64,000 bases of DNA, taken from assembly GCA_021783515.1 (NCBI GenBank), contig JAJXTV010000010.1:29053-93052 (forward strand). Reading direction: 5' to 3'. The notes below the pieces were generated by a model. That model had not been told where the DNA came from, did no database searches, and saw only the letters and a program-made list of their open reading frames with translations. The stretch's first letter is position 1. Every line of letters begins with the position of its first letter. The position numbers were made by a program, and so were the translations under genes. Positions 25,674-35,362 of this stretch are shown here, piece after piece. This DNA is from Nitrospirota bacterium. GTDB taxonomy: Bacteria > Nitrospirota > Thermodesulfovibrionia > Thermodesulfovibrionales > UBA6898.

Positions 25674-26453
25674 TTATGATCCTCGTCTGACCACCTTCTT
25701 CCTCACCTGGTGGCAGAGGCCGTAGAGCATCTTCAGCTCCCATTCGGTAAGGCCGGCCCTGCCGATGAAGTGCTTCAGGTTTACCGTGATCTTGTTCCTC
25801 AGGTCCCTATCGCCGCGCTTGATGTATTCGAGCAGTTCGAGCGCCTCGGAGATTTTTTCGTAGAGGTCCGCGATCTCGCCGTGACCCGCCAGTCGAGACG
25901 TGAGCCCGGGGCCGGGCGCGACGAGGAAGGGACCTTCTTCGCCTTCCGCCTCCCTGCCGCCGTATTCCGCAAGGAAGAGCTCGTAGGCGATGATCAGGAC
26001 GGCATGAGAGAGGTTAAGGGAGGGCTGCATCTTGCTTGAGGGGATGCTCAGCATAAACCCGCATTCCTCCACCTCCTCGTTGAACAGCCCGCGGGCCTCC
26101 CGGCCGAAGAGGATCGCGATCCTGTTGGCCGCCGCCAGCCTGAAGAGCTTTTCCGCCCCCTGGTCGGCCGGCGTGATGATGCCCCGTCTCTTACCCTTTC
26201 GTCTCGTGGTCCCTACGACTATCGCCTTGTCTTTTATCGCCTCGGCCACGCTGGGGTATACTGCGGCGGAGTCGAGGACGTCGTGGGCGTTTCGCGCGAA
26301 CCATCTTCCCTCTTCCGTGATCTCGGCAGGCGGGTTCACGACGCAGAGGTTGCGGAAGCCCATGTTTTTGATCGCCCGCGCGGAGGCCCCGACGTTGCCG
26401 GGCTCCTTCGGCTCGACGAGGACGAAATATACGTTGTCTTTCCAGTTGTGCAT
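25674..26453 (-). CDS. trmJ: SpoU/TrmH-family tRNA 2'-O-methyltransferase (TrmJ-like)
   Basis: 259 aa. VLVEPKEPGNVGASARAIKNMGF, and a C-terminal knot region LSIPS...SLNLSHAVLIIAYEL. Confidence 0.8.
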   Translation of the reverse strand: MHNWKDNVYFVLVEPKEPGNVGASARAIKNMGFRNLCVVNPPAEITEEGRWFARNAHDVLDSAAVYPSVAEAIKDKAIVVGTTRRKGKRRGIITPADQGAEKLFRLAAANRIAILFGREARGLFNEEVEECGFMLSIPSSKMQPSLNLSHAVLIIAYELFLAEYGGREAEGEEGPFLVAPGPGLTSRLAGHGEIADLYEKISEALELLEYIKRGDRDLRNKITVNLKHFIGRAGLTEWELKMLYGLCHQVRKKVVRRGS

Positions 26454-26594
26454 GACAATTCCCGTCCGATAATACTACCACACGGGCGCGCGATAAAAAA
26501 AAGTTCGCGGAACGGGGGAATCGTGAGATAATGAGGACAAGATGAGGGCAGCACAGATGGCGAATGCGGTGAAGATCGGGAAAGCGAGGATGAC

Positions 26595-26927
26595 ATGCAC
26601 CTCTACGGCGACAGGATATCGCAGTGCAGCATCTGTAAAGCCGAATATACCTCATTTCACTTCGAGGTCATGCCCGCCTGCAGGGTATATGTCTGCGGGG
26701 AATGCATGGAGTTGGCGAGGGACCACTTCATATGGATCTGCCTGAACTGCGGCCGTTCTTTTTGGAGGCCGAAGAACGTCGTCATGAACAGGATCCATGA
26801 TTACGGGCTGAAAGAGGCGGTATTTCTCTATGAGAACCGGATCATCCACGGGATCGCAGGCTGCATCCACTGTTCTCCGGACCTGATCCTGGAATACACC
26901 GACCGTCTCGGCAAATGCGCGTTGTAA
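26595..26927 (+). CDS. Hypothetical Cys-rich (multi-CxxC, zinc-ribbon-like) protein
   Basis: 110 aa with an SD (GAGGA) upstream. It contains CSIC, CGEC, CLNC and CIHC pairs. Confidence 0.45.
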   Translation: MHLYGDRISQCSICKAEYTSFHFEVMPACRVYVCGECMELARDHFIWICLNCGRSFWRPKNVVMNRIHDYGLKEAVFLYENRIIHGIAGCIHCSPDLILEYTDRLGKCAL

Positions 26928-27019
26928 CGATTCCCCGAAGGGGCCGGTCGATACACTATTAGGTTTACAAAACGGCGTCTTTTTTTTATCATTGTACGTA
27001 TGTCCGGAAGACACCGTAT

Positions 27020-28747
27020 ATGAATGCGCTGAGACTGGCCCTAGCCCAGATAAACCCGACGGTCGGCGATCTCGCGGGAAATTCCGCAAAGATCCTCGAA
27101 TATGTAAGAAAGGCGAAGCGGAGCAGGGCCGACATCGCGGTCTTCCCCGAACTCGCCCTTACAGGATATCCCCCCGAAGACCTGATCCTGAAGCCGCAGT
27201 TTATCGCAGACAACCTCGAGGCGATGAGGAAGATCAGCCTGAAGGTCTCCGGGATCGTAGTGATTGCCGGATTTGTCGACCGCGGGAAGCGAAACGAGAT
27301 ATATAACTCGGCAGCCGTGATCGCCGACGGCAGGATCGTGGACGTCTATCACAAGATCTTCCTTCCGAATTACGGCGTTTTCGACGAATTCCGCTATTTC
27401 ACTCCCGGCAGGAGGTTCCCGGTCTATCGTTTCGGGCCGGTGAAATTCGGCATCAATATCTGCGAGGATGTCTGGCACAGCGACGGCCCCGCCTGCATAC
27501 AGTCTCATGCGGGGGCGGAGTGCATCATCAATATAAACGCCTCCCCTTACGAGAGGGGCAAGCCTGAGGCGCGCGAGAAGATCCTCTCCGACCGGGCCAC
27601 GGAAAACGATGTCGTCATTGCCTATCTCAACACCGTAGGCGGGCAGGACGAGCTGGTATTCGACGGGATGAGCATGGTTGTCGACCACACAGGCCGCGTG
27701 ATCGCCAGGGGGAGTCAGTTCGAGGAGGAGATGGTGGTGGTCGACCTCGACCTCGGACCGGTGAGGCGGTACAGAAAAGAAAAGGGCTGTCGCGGAAAGT
27801 CATCCGCGACACCCGAGGGCCGGGCGCAAAAGATATCGCTGCCTTCCCCGGAAGACGTTTCGCGCAGGCAGGCCCCTCTCGCCGTTGCGCCCCGCCTGAA
27901 GAGCGCCGAAGAGGTCTACCGAGCCCTCTGCGCCGGCACGGCCGACTACGTGAAGAAGAACGGGTTCAGCGGGGTCGTGATCGGACTGAGCGGGGGGGTC
28001 GACTCTTCTCTCGTGGCGGCGGTCGCGGTCGATGCGATAGGAAAAGAGAACGTCCGCGGCATCTTCATGCCCTCCCGGTTCACCTCGGAGGAGAGCAGGG
28101 AAGACGCCTTCGGCCTTGCCGCAAACCTTGGGATGCGAATTACGGAGGTCGCGATCGATTCCGTCTTCGCAGAGTACCTGGAGGTGCTCAGCCCGCTCTT
28201 CAGGGGAAGGGAGCCGGACATTACGGAGGAGAACCTCCAGGCGAGGATAAGGGGGAACTACCTCATGGCGCTGTCGAACAAGTTCGGCTGGCTCGTGCTG
28301 ACCACCGGGAACAAATCCGAGATGAGCGTCGGATATGCTACGCTTTACGGCGACATGGCAGGCGGGTTCGCCGTGATCAAGGACGTGCCCAAGACGCTCG
28401 TCTACGAGCTCTGCAGATGGCGCAATTCCGCCGGAGAGGCGGTCGTCCCCGATCGGGTCCTCTGGAAGGAGCCTACCGCGGAGCTGAAATACGATCAGAA
28501 GGATACCGATTCGCTGCCGCCCTATCACCTGCTCGACCCGGTGCTCAAGGCATACATCGAAGACGAACTGGGTTTCGATGAGATCCTGAAGCTCGGCTGC
28601 GACGCGGAGACGGCGAGGAAGGTGATACGCATGGTGGACAAGTCAGAATACAAGCGAAGACAGGCCCCCCCCGGCGTGAAGATCACCGGCAGGGCGTTCG
28701 GCAGGGACAGGCGGTTCCCGATCACCAACAGGTACAGGAGCTATTGA
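27020..28747 (+). CDS. nadE: Glutamine-dependent NAD+ synthetase
   Basis: 575 aa. N-terminal CN-hydrolase domain (VFPELALTGY, ICED) and a C-terminal synthetase with the SGGVDSS P-loop. Confidence 0.9.
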   Translation: MNALRLALAQINPTVGDLAGNSAKILEYVRKAKRSRADIAVFPELALTGYPPEDLILKPQFIADNLEAMRKISLKVSGIVVIAGFVDRGKRNEIYNSAAVIADGRIVDVYHKIFLPNYGVFDEFRYFTPGRRFPVYRFGPVKFGINICEDVWHSDGPACIQSHAGAECIININASPYERGKPEAREKILSDRATENDVVIAYLNTVGGQDELVFDGMSMVVDHTGRVIARGSQFEEEMVVVDLDLGPVRRYRKEKGCRGKSSATPEGRAQKISLPSPEDVSRRQAPLAVAPRLKSAEEVYRALCAGTADYVKKNGFSGVVIGLSGGVDSSLVAAVAVDAIGKENVRGIFMPSRFTSEESREDAFGLAANLGMRITEVAIDSVFAEYLEVLSPLFRGREPDITEENLQARIRGNYLMALSNKFGWLVLTTGNKSEMSVGYATLYGDMAGGFAVIKDVPKTLVYELCRWRNSAGEAVVPDRVLWKEPTAELKYDQKDTDSLPPYHLLDPVLKAYIEDELGFDEILKLGCDAETARKVIRMVDKSEYKRRQAPPGVKITGRAFGRDRRFPITNRYRSY

Positions 28748-28998
28748 TGAGGCGGGGATTGTATGTCGCGGTGGCCGTGCTGCTTCTTTTCTTTGCCGCG
28801 CACTCCTTCAGCGCGGAAAAGGAGGGCTTGCAGTTCAAAAAGCAGCCGGAGCTCCAGCAGATCAAGCCGAAGAAGCCGGTGAAGATTAAATTAAAAAGAA
28901 CGGCGAAGGACGAATACAGCTGGGAGTTGAGCGGCGACGACGCCGGCGAGGTCGTCAAGACCGACCGGAAGCTCAAGAAGATGCTGAATATCAAGTAA
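28744..28998 (+). CDS. Small secreted Lys-rich hypothetical protein
   Basis: 84 aa. The start overlaps the nadE stop (ATGA). Signal peptide LYVAVAVLLLFFAAHSFSA. Confidence 0.4.
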   Translation: MMRRGLYVAVAVLLLFFAAHSFSAEKEGLQFKKQPELQQIKPKKPVKIKLKRTAKDEYSWELSGDDAGEVVKTDRKLKKMLNIK

Positions 28999-29013
28999 TA
29001 CCGGACGCCGCTG

Positions 29014-29841
29014 ATGAAAGGAACCCTCTATATCGTTTCGACGCCGATCGGCAACCTTGAGGACATCACCCTCAGGGCACTCCGCATTCTCAAGGAGGTC
29101 GACCTCATCGCCGCCGAGGACACGAGGCACAGCCTCAAGCTCCTGACCCACTACGGCATCTCGAAGCCGCTGATAAGCTACTGGGGCGAAAAAGAGAAGG
29201 TGAAGGCCGAGGTGGTGCTGCAACGCCTCGCTGCCGGCCAGGCGGTGGCCCTGATATCGGACGCGGGAACGCCCGGCATATCCGACCCCGGCAGCGTCGT
29301 GATCCGAAGGGCCCTCGAAGAAGGTATTGAGGTGGTGCCTGTCCCCGGACCGTCGGCATGCATCGCCGCGCTTACCCTCTCCGGTTTTCCGACGGAGGAG
29401 TTCGTCTTTTCGGGGTTTCTTCCGGCGAAGCCTGCGCACAGGAAAAAGGTGCTGAAGGACCTTGCCCTGGAAAAAAGGACGCTTGTCCTTTACGAATCCC
29501 CCCACAGGATCCTCGAGTCCCTGGCGGACATGGCGGACATCTTCGGCTCAAGAAGGGCGGCTGTCGTGAAAGAGATCACCAAGATATACGAGGAGGTGGT
29601 TCGGGGGACGGTGGCGGAGGTGTACGCCCGGCTTCTCGAAATGAAGATCGTCGGCGAATATGTCCTTGTCATCGAAGGCAGACGGGAGGAAGAGGGAGCC
29701 CTTCGCGAAGAAGACGCCTTGCGGGAAGTGGCGTCTCTCATGAGGAAGGGGCTCGGCAGGAAGGAGGCGGTCTCGCGCGTTGCGGGGCAGTACGGCCTCT
29801 CCAGGAAAGAGCTTTACGACCGCAGCCTGGAAGAAGGCTGA
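29014..29841 (+). CDS. rsmI: 16S rRNA (cytidine1402-2'-O)-methyltransferase
   Basis: MKGTLYIVSTPIGNLEDITLRALRILKEVDLIAAEDTRHS, the canonical RsmI N-terminus. Confidence 0.9.
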   Translation: MKGTLYIVSTPIGNLEDITLRALRILKEVDLIAAEDTRHSLKLLTHYGISKPLISYWGEKEKVKAEVVLQRLAAGQAVALISDAGTPGISDPGSVVIRRALEEGIEVVPVPGPSACIAALTLSGFPTEEFVFSGFLPAKPAHRKKVLKDLALEKRTLVLYESPHRILESLADMADIFGSRRAAVVKEITKIYEEVVRGTVAEVYARLLEMKIVGEYVLVIEGRREEEGALREEDALREVASLMRKGLGRKEAVSRVAGQYGLSRKELYDRSLEEG

Positions 29842-29855
29842 ATCAGCAGTTCGTG

Positions 29856-29884
29856 TTGACTTTGTCTTTTGCGGCCGGTATTCT
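29856..29884 (+). promoter_or_regulatory. Predicted sigma-70 promoter of the FadL-like gene
   Basis: TTGACT (29856-29861), a 17-nt spacer, then TATTCT (29879-29884). Confidence 0.4.
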
Positions 29885-29970
29885 AAGTTTACAAAAAAGA
29901 GCGACGGCCTTCGGGCCGCAGCGCCGGATGTGCTTCATCCTCTGATATATCATTCATGCAAGGGGGTAAC

Positions 29971-31344
29971 ATGAAAAGACTTTTCGTCACCGTATCGAGA
30001 GCATTGTTAGCCGGCATGGCCTTCGTGGCGCTGTCGGCGGGAGCGGCCTTCGGCTCCGGGTTTGCACTGATCGAGCAGGGGGTCGGCGGGCTCGGCAACG
30101 CCTTTGCGGGGGGAGCGGCCATTGCGGAAGACGCCACCACCATATTCTTCAATCCCGCCGGCATGACGCGCATGCCCGGCCAGCAGGCGATCGTCGGCGC
30201 CCATCTCATCCTGCCGACGGCCTCCTTCCACAACGAGGGGTCTTCCCACGTTCTCCAGGCAAAGACCGGCGTGCCCCTTCTCGGCGGGGACGGCGGCGAC
30301 GCCGGGGTCGCAAAGCTGGCCCCCAACTTTTACTATGTGAGGAAGATGGGCGACCGTTTCGCCGTCGGCCTTGGTCTGAATTCTCCCTTCGGCCTTGCGA
30401 CCGATTATAACAGCGGCTGGGTCGGGCGGTATCATGCCCTCGAATCGGACGTCGTTACGATCAATATCAATCCGTCCGTGGCCTATAAGGTGAACGACCG
30501 CCTGAGCATCGGGGGGGGACTCGACATACAGTACATCGACGCGACGCTTTCCAACGCGATCGACTTCGGCACACTTGACGCGGTCGGTGCATTCCAGGCG
30601 CTGGGGCTCGCGCCTGGCGCGCTCAAACTGGTACCGCAGGCCTCCGACGGCTATGTGAGGGTCGAAGGCGATGACTGGTCCTTCGGATATAACCTCGGCC
30701 TTCTCTACGAATTCAGCGACAATACGCGTATCGGCGCGGCCTACCGTTCGAGCGTGAAGCATACGCTTAAGGGGGATGCCGAATTCCAGGGCGTGCCTTC
30801 GGGACTCGCTCCTTTCCCGGTTTTCAAAAACGGCGGGGTCTCGGCCGAAATAAAGCTGCCCGATTCTTTTTCGCTCAGCGCCGTCCACCGGATCACCCCG
30901 GAGTGGACGGTCATGGCCGACGTGACCTGGACGAACTGGAGCGTCTTCAATGAATTGAGGGTGAAGTTCGACAACCCCCTGCAGTCGGATGCGGTTACCG
31001 CGACGGATTGGAAAGACAGCTACCGGTATTCGCTCGGTGTGACGTATTCCCCCGCCGGAAACTGGACCTACCGGGCGGGAGTGGCCTACGATGAGACGCC
31101 GATCCCCGACTCACAGCACCGGACCCCCCGCATACCCGACGGGGACCGCTTCTGGACGGCCGCAGGTGTCGGGTACAAGATATCGAAGCTGATGACCCTC
31201 GACGTAGGCTATGCGCATCTGTTCATCAAAGACCCGGTGATCAACAAGACCCCCACGGGAGAGGATGCGACCAGGGGCGGGTTGAACGGAACCTACGATG
31301 CCTACGTCAACATCGTGAGCGCCCAGGTGAAGCTGAACTTTTAG
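29971..31344 (+). CDS. fadL: FadL/TodX-family outer-membrane hydrophobic-compound channel
   Basis: Signal peptide. The mature N-terminus SGFALIEQGVGGLGNAFAGGAA, alternating beta-strand pattern and terminal aromatic ...VKLNF are all typical of FadL. Confidence 0.8.
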   Translation: MKRLFVTVSRALLAGMAFVALSAGAAFGSGFALIEQGVGGLGNAFAGGAAIAEDATTIFFNPAGMTRMPGQQAIVGAHLILPTASFHNEGSSHVLQAKTGVPLLGGDGGDAGVAKLAPNFYYVRKMGDRFAVGLGLNSPFGLATDYNSGWVGRYHALESDVVTININPSVAYKVNDRLSIGGGLDIQYIDATLSNAIDFGTLDAVGAFQALGLAPGALKLVPQASDGYVRVEGDDWSFGYNLGLLYEFSDNTRIGAAYRSSVKHTLKGDAEFQGVPSGLAPFPVFKNGGVSAEIKLPDSFSLSAVHRITPEWTVMADVTWTNWSVFNELRVKFDNPLQSDAVTATDWKDSYRYSLGVTYSPAGNWTYRAGVAYDETPIPDSQHRTPRIPDGDRFWTAAGVGYKISKLMTLDVGYAHLFIKDPVINKTPTGEDATRGGLNGTYDAYVNIVSAQVKLNF

Positions 31345-31444
31345 GACGGTTGCAAATAGGATATGCGTGGGGGGGCTCTCCCCGCCTGCGCAGCGACTTC
31401 TGTGTTGTGGCATTATAGGATGAACAGAAGAAAGATATAGACCA

Positions 31445-33010
31445 ATGCTTCTTCACCGGCATTTCATAAGGGTCGCAAAGAGATGCGGCAACAAGCCGGC
31501 CATTATCGACCGGATGGCCGACAAGCGGATCCCCTATTCAAAGGCGCTTATCGCCTCGCTTGTCTTTGCCGAGAAGTTCAAGACCTTCGGGAAGGGGTAT
31601 ATCGGGATCATGATCCCGACATCGGCAGGGTGTTGTCTCGCGGTCCTGGGCGCGCTGATGAGCGGCAGGACCCCCGTGATGATCAATTATTCGACAGGGG
31701 CGGCCCGAAACGCCGAATACGCCCAGAAGAAATGCGGGTTCCGTACGATCATCACCTCGAAGGCGCTCCTCGAAAAGATCGACTGTCCCGTCGTCGAGGG
31801 CATGGTCTTCATCGAGGACATCGCCGCGTCGATCTCGCCGGCTGAAAAGATCAAGGCGGCGATACTCTCGAAGTTTCCGCTGCCCTTTATCCTCCGAAGC
31901 GTGCATGGGGGAAAGGAGGACGACGATGCCGTGATCCTCTTTACGAGCGGAAGCGAAAAAGACCCGAAGGCGGTCCAGCTTACGCACCGGAATATCTCCT
32001 CAAACATAAAGAGCTTCAGCGAAGTCGTGACGATTTCGGGCAAAGACAGCATACTGGCCAATCTGCCCCTGTTTCATGTCTTCGGGTTGACTGTCAACAT
32101 GTGGACCCCTCTGTATCACGGAATGACCCTCGTCACCTATGCCAACCCGCTCGATTACCGGATGATATGCTCGATCGTGAAGGAGGAATCCCCGACGATC
32201 ATGGTCGGCACGCCGAGTTTCCTGTGGGGGTATCTGCGGAAGTCCGAACCGGGCGACTTCGGGAGCCTGCGTCTCGTCGTCTGCGGGGCGGACAAGTGCC
32301 CGGACGCGCTCAGAGAGGATTTTTCCCGGCAGCACGGCATCACCGTCTATGAGGGATATGGGACCACCGAGACGTCTCCCGTCATCTCGGTCAACGCTCC
32401 CGGTCTCAACCGGCCCGGGAGCATCGGCAGGGTACTCCCGGGGGTGCAGGTGAGGATCGAGAATTACGAAACCGGCGAGGACTGCCGGACGGGGGAGACC
32501 GGGAGGATCATGGTGAAGGGAGACCTCGTGATGAAGGGCTATTTCGACGACTTCGAGGAGACGTCGATGCGCATACGCCACGGGTGGTACGACAGCGGAG
32601 ATATGGGCTTTTTCGACGAGGAGGGGTTCCTCTGGCATGCGGGCCGGCTGAAACGGTTTGTGAAGATCGGCGGGGAGATGGTCTCGCTCGTGGGTGTGGA
32701 GAACGTGATGGAGCGGTTCCTTCCCGAAGGCGCCTCGTGTTGCGTTGTCGAGGTCCCGGATGCCCGTAAGGGAGCCCGGATTGTGGCGGCGGTGACGCAG
32801 AGGATAGACGAGAAGAAGATGCTGAAACAGATGGCTGCGCATCTCCCGAACATCGCGCTGCCGAAACAGATCGTGGTGATCGAGGAGCTCCCCAAGATGG
32901 GCAGCGGAAAGATCGATTTCAGGACGACGACCGAGATGGTGCACGATCTGCTGAGTAAGGAGAGCGGCGAGGCGGGCCACGGCAGGCGGGATGAAAAACA
33001 CCATGCGTAA
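31445..33010 (+). CDS. AMP-dependent acyl-CoA/acyl-ACP synthetase family (Aas C-terminal-like)
   Basis: AMP-binding motifs ILFTSGSEKDPKAV, YGTTE, GWYDSGD and the C-terminal SGKID. Confidence 0.8.
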   Translation: MLLHRHFIRVAKRCGNKPAIIDRMADKRIPYSKALIASLVFAEKFKTFGKGYIGIMIPTSAGCCLAVLGALMSGRTPVMINYSTGAARNAEYAQKKCGFRTIITSKALLEKIDCPVVEGMVFIEDIAASISPAEKIKAAILSKFPLPFILRSVHGGKEDDDAVILFTSGSEKDPKAVQLTHRNISSNIKSFSEVVTISGKDSILANLPLFHVFGLTVNMWTPLYHGMTLVTYANPLDYRMICSIVKEESPTIMVGTPSFLWGYLRKSEPGDFGSLRLVVCGADKCPDALREDFSRQHGITVYEGYGTTETSPVISVNAPGLNRPGSIGRVLPGVQVRIENYETGEDCRTGETGRIMVKGDLVMKGYFDDFEETSMRIRHGWYDSGDMGFFDEEGFLWHAGRLKRFVKIGGEMVSLVGVENVMERFLPEGASCCVVEVPDARKGARIVAAVTQRIDEKKMLKQMAAHLPNIALPKQIVVIEELPKMGSGKIDFRTTTEMVHDLLSKESGEAGHGRRDEKHHA

Positions 33011-33124
33011 ACTCTGGCGTTGTATGCCGCCGGGGTGAGCGTCCCTCACATCTTTTTTGACGCGGGCGGTTGGCGGAACCGTAAGGTGAACCGCAGAATA
33101 TATATGCCATAATAACGGAGGAAT

Positions 33125-33691
33125 ATGGCGGGACTGGTACTCATTGCGGCAATCGCTCTTTTCTTTCTCTGGATGGTATTCATCTATAATCGCTTGGTGA
33201 GGCTGCGTAACGACGTCAGGAGCGCATGGAGCCAGATCGACGTCCAGCTGAAGCGGCGCCACGACCTTATCCCCAACCTCGTTGCGGCGGTGAAGGGCTA
33301 TATGGCCTTCGAGCGTGAAACCCTCCAGAAGGTGGCCGAGGCGAGGGCGAGGGCGGTCGGGGCTGCGGGTTTGCGCGAAAAGGCGGCTACCGAGGACAGG
33401 CTGACCGACGCGGTCGGAAGCCTCTTCATGGTCATGGAGAATTATCCCGTCCTCAAGAGCAATGAAAACGTGATGCAGCTTCAGGAGGAGCTCGTCTCGA
33501 CCGAAAACCGCATCTCCTTCGCCCGTCAGTTCTATAACGACCTTGTGGCGAATCTCATGACGAAGCTCGGGGTCTTTCCTGACAATCTTATCGCATCCCT
33601 CTTTTCGTTCCAGGGCGCCGAATATTTTTCTGCCGGGGAGGAAGACCGGGCGCTGCCGTCCGCCGGCCTCGGCGCGGGGAAGAACGACTAG
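33125..33691 (+). CDS. lemA: LemA-family membrane protein
   Basis: N-terminal TM helix, then YNRLVRLRNDVRSAWSQIDVQLKRRHDLIPNLV and FARQFYND. Confidence 0.85.
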   Translation: MAGLVLIAAIALFFLWMVFIYNRLVRLRNDVRSAWSQIDVQLKRRHDLIPNLVAAVKGYMAFERETLQKVAEARARAVGAAGLREKAATEDRLTDAVGSLFMVMENYPVLKSNENVMQLQEELVSTENRISFARQFYNDLVANLMTKLGVFPDNLIASLFSFQGAEYFSAGEEDRALPSAGLGAGKND

Positions 33692-33703
33692 ACGGCGCAT
33701 GAG

Positions 33704-35362
33704 GTGCATCGGGGACTTTTTATGCCGCTGACGTTTATCGATATCGAAAGACAGAAGAGCTGGCGGATCAGCCTGCTCTTTCTGTTTCTCACCGCCCTCT
33801 ATTTCATCTTCGCCTTCATTGTGGCCCAGATGGTCGTCTGTTTCATCCCCGGCTTCTCGGTGGTGCACGGATCGCTTCTCGTGGTGAAAGACCTGAGGTA
33901 TCTTGCGGTTATCGGCTTCTCGGCGCTTTGCATCGCCTCGGCGCATTTTGTCGCCTCCGGACTGATCGCGGTCCGCCAGGTCGTCGAGCAGATAGGCGCG
34001 AAAGACCCGGACCCTGAGGACGGGATCCACAGGCAGCTCATGAACATCAACGAGGAGATACAGATCGCCTCGGGGAGGGCCAAGAGGATCAGGTGCATGG
34101 TCATCCCTACGCTTTCGGCCAATGCGCTTGCGGTGGCCGACCTAAGGGGCGGGGCGGTTATCGCGATAACCGAAGGGCTTCTCTCGCGTCTTACCAGGCC
34201 TCAGATCGAGGCGGTCATGGCGCATGAGGCGTACCATGTGCTTTCAGGCGATTGCCTCGAAACCTCTCTTGCGACCAGTTTCTTCGGGATGTACGCATCC
34301 GCGCTCGACGGCCTCAGGGCCGGGCTGGCGGAGGAGCCGCGGGCGCTGCCTGTGGCTGCGGTCTTCTGGCTGCTCGTGCAATTCGAAACGGTGGTCACCA
34401 TGTTTATCTCGAGGGAGCGGGAATACCGGGCGGACGCCGGGGCGGTGCGCATTACGCGCAATCCCCTTGCGCTTGCGGAGGCCCTAGACATCATCGCGAA
34501 ACGTTGGTCCGGGACCGGCCTGATCAGCGACGGCCTGGAGATGCTCTGCATCAGCAGCCCCCGGATCTCCGACCACGACGAAGCAGAAGGCTGGTGGGAC
34601 GACCTCATGTCGACCCATCCGCCGATCAGAAGACGGATCGGGCTTCTCCTCGGGATGGCGCACGTGAGCGCCTCTGTTCTGGCAAAAAAGGAGATGCCGA
34701 AGCCCCCGGCGCAGGCGGAGCGTCAGGAATCACTCCTCTACGCCCTCGATCCGGACAATGTCTGGCTCGGCCCCTTTTCCATCGCCGAGCTTGCCACGTT
34801 TCCATGGTTTTCCCCCAAGACGTGGATCAGCCGCGAAGCGGGCGGAAAGGCAGAGAGGGCCGCGGACCTTCCGGCGCTGAACGGCGCGTTCGCCTCCTCC
34901 TCCCCGGGGACCGCCGCGGAGCAGTCGGAGATGAGCTGCCCTGCATGCCGCAGGCCGCTCGCGAAGCTGCCTTATGAAAAGACGACGATCCACCGCTGTA
35001 TGTTCTGCGGCGGGACTCTCGTGGACAACGACAAGCTCCAGAGGATGCTTGCGAGGAACGACGGAGAATGCAGCGAAAGGGCACTCTCCCTCGTGAGGGC
35101 GGTGATCGCGGACAACCAGCGAAGCCTTGCGATCAGAAATCTGAGACAGCTCGACAGGAGGAAAGAGCAGCCGGTCCAATGTCCCAAATGCGGCAGGCCG
35201 ATGTTCAGGACCTTCTACAGTTATGCCTATCTCCTGGAGATCGACAAGTGCGGGATCTGCGGCGTGACCTGGTTCGACCCGGAGGAGCTGGAGATGCTCC
35301 GCTGCATTATTGAAAACAGGGTGACCGGGGCCGGCAGCCTATCAACAGACACTACTGCGTGA
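33704..35362 (+). CDS. M48-family (HtpX-like) membrane metalloprotease with two C-terminal zinc-ribbon domains
   Basis: Two N-terminal TM helices. HEAYHV (HExxH) with a downstream EYRAD. The C-terminus has CPACRRPL...CMFCGGTLVDNDKL and CPKCGRPM...CGICGVTWFDPEELE. The exact start is uncertain (33704 or ATG 33722). Confidence 0.75.
   Translation: MHRGLFMPLTFIDIERQKSWRISLLFLFLTALYFIFAFIVAQMVVCFIPGFSVVHGSLLVVKDLRYLAVIGFSALCIASAHFVASGLIAVRQVVEQIGAKDPDPEDGIHRQLMNINEEIQIASGRAKRIRCMVIPTLSANALAVADLRGGAVIAITEGLLSRLTRPQIEAVMAHEAYHVLSGDCLETSLATSFFGMYASALDGLRAGLAEEPRALPVAAVFWLLVQFETVVTMFISREREYRADAGAVRITRNPLALAEALDIIAKRWSGTGLISDGLEMLCISSPRISDHDEAEGWWDDLMSTHPPIRRRIGLLLGMAHVSASVLAKKEMPKPPAQAERQESLLYALDPDNVWLGPFSIAELATFPWFSPKTWISREAGGKAERAADLPALNGAFASSSPGTAAEQSEMSCPACRRPLAKLPYEKTTIHRCMFCGGTLVDNDKLQRMLARNDGECSERALSLVRAVIADNQRSLAIRNLRQLDRRKEQPVQCPKCGRPMFRTFYSYAYLLEIDKCGICGVTWFDPEELEMLRCIIENRVTGAGSLSTDTTA

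Noticed and set aside
32000-34030. 676-aa minus-strand ORF spanning the acyl-ligase, lemA and M48 protease genes
   Set aside because: It is antisense to three well-supported plus-strand genes. Its translation is Arg/Pro/His/Asp-rich low complexity with no motif. This is the usual stop-free antisense frame of GC-rich DNA.
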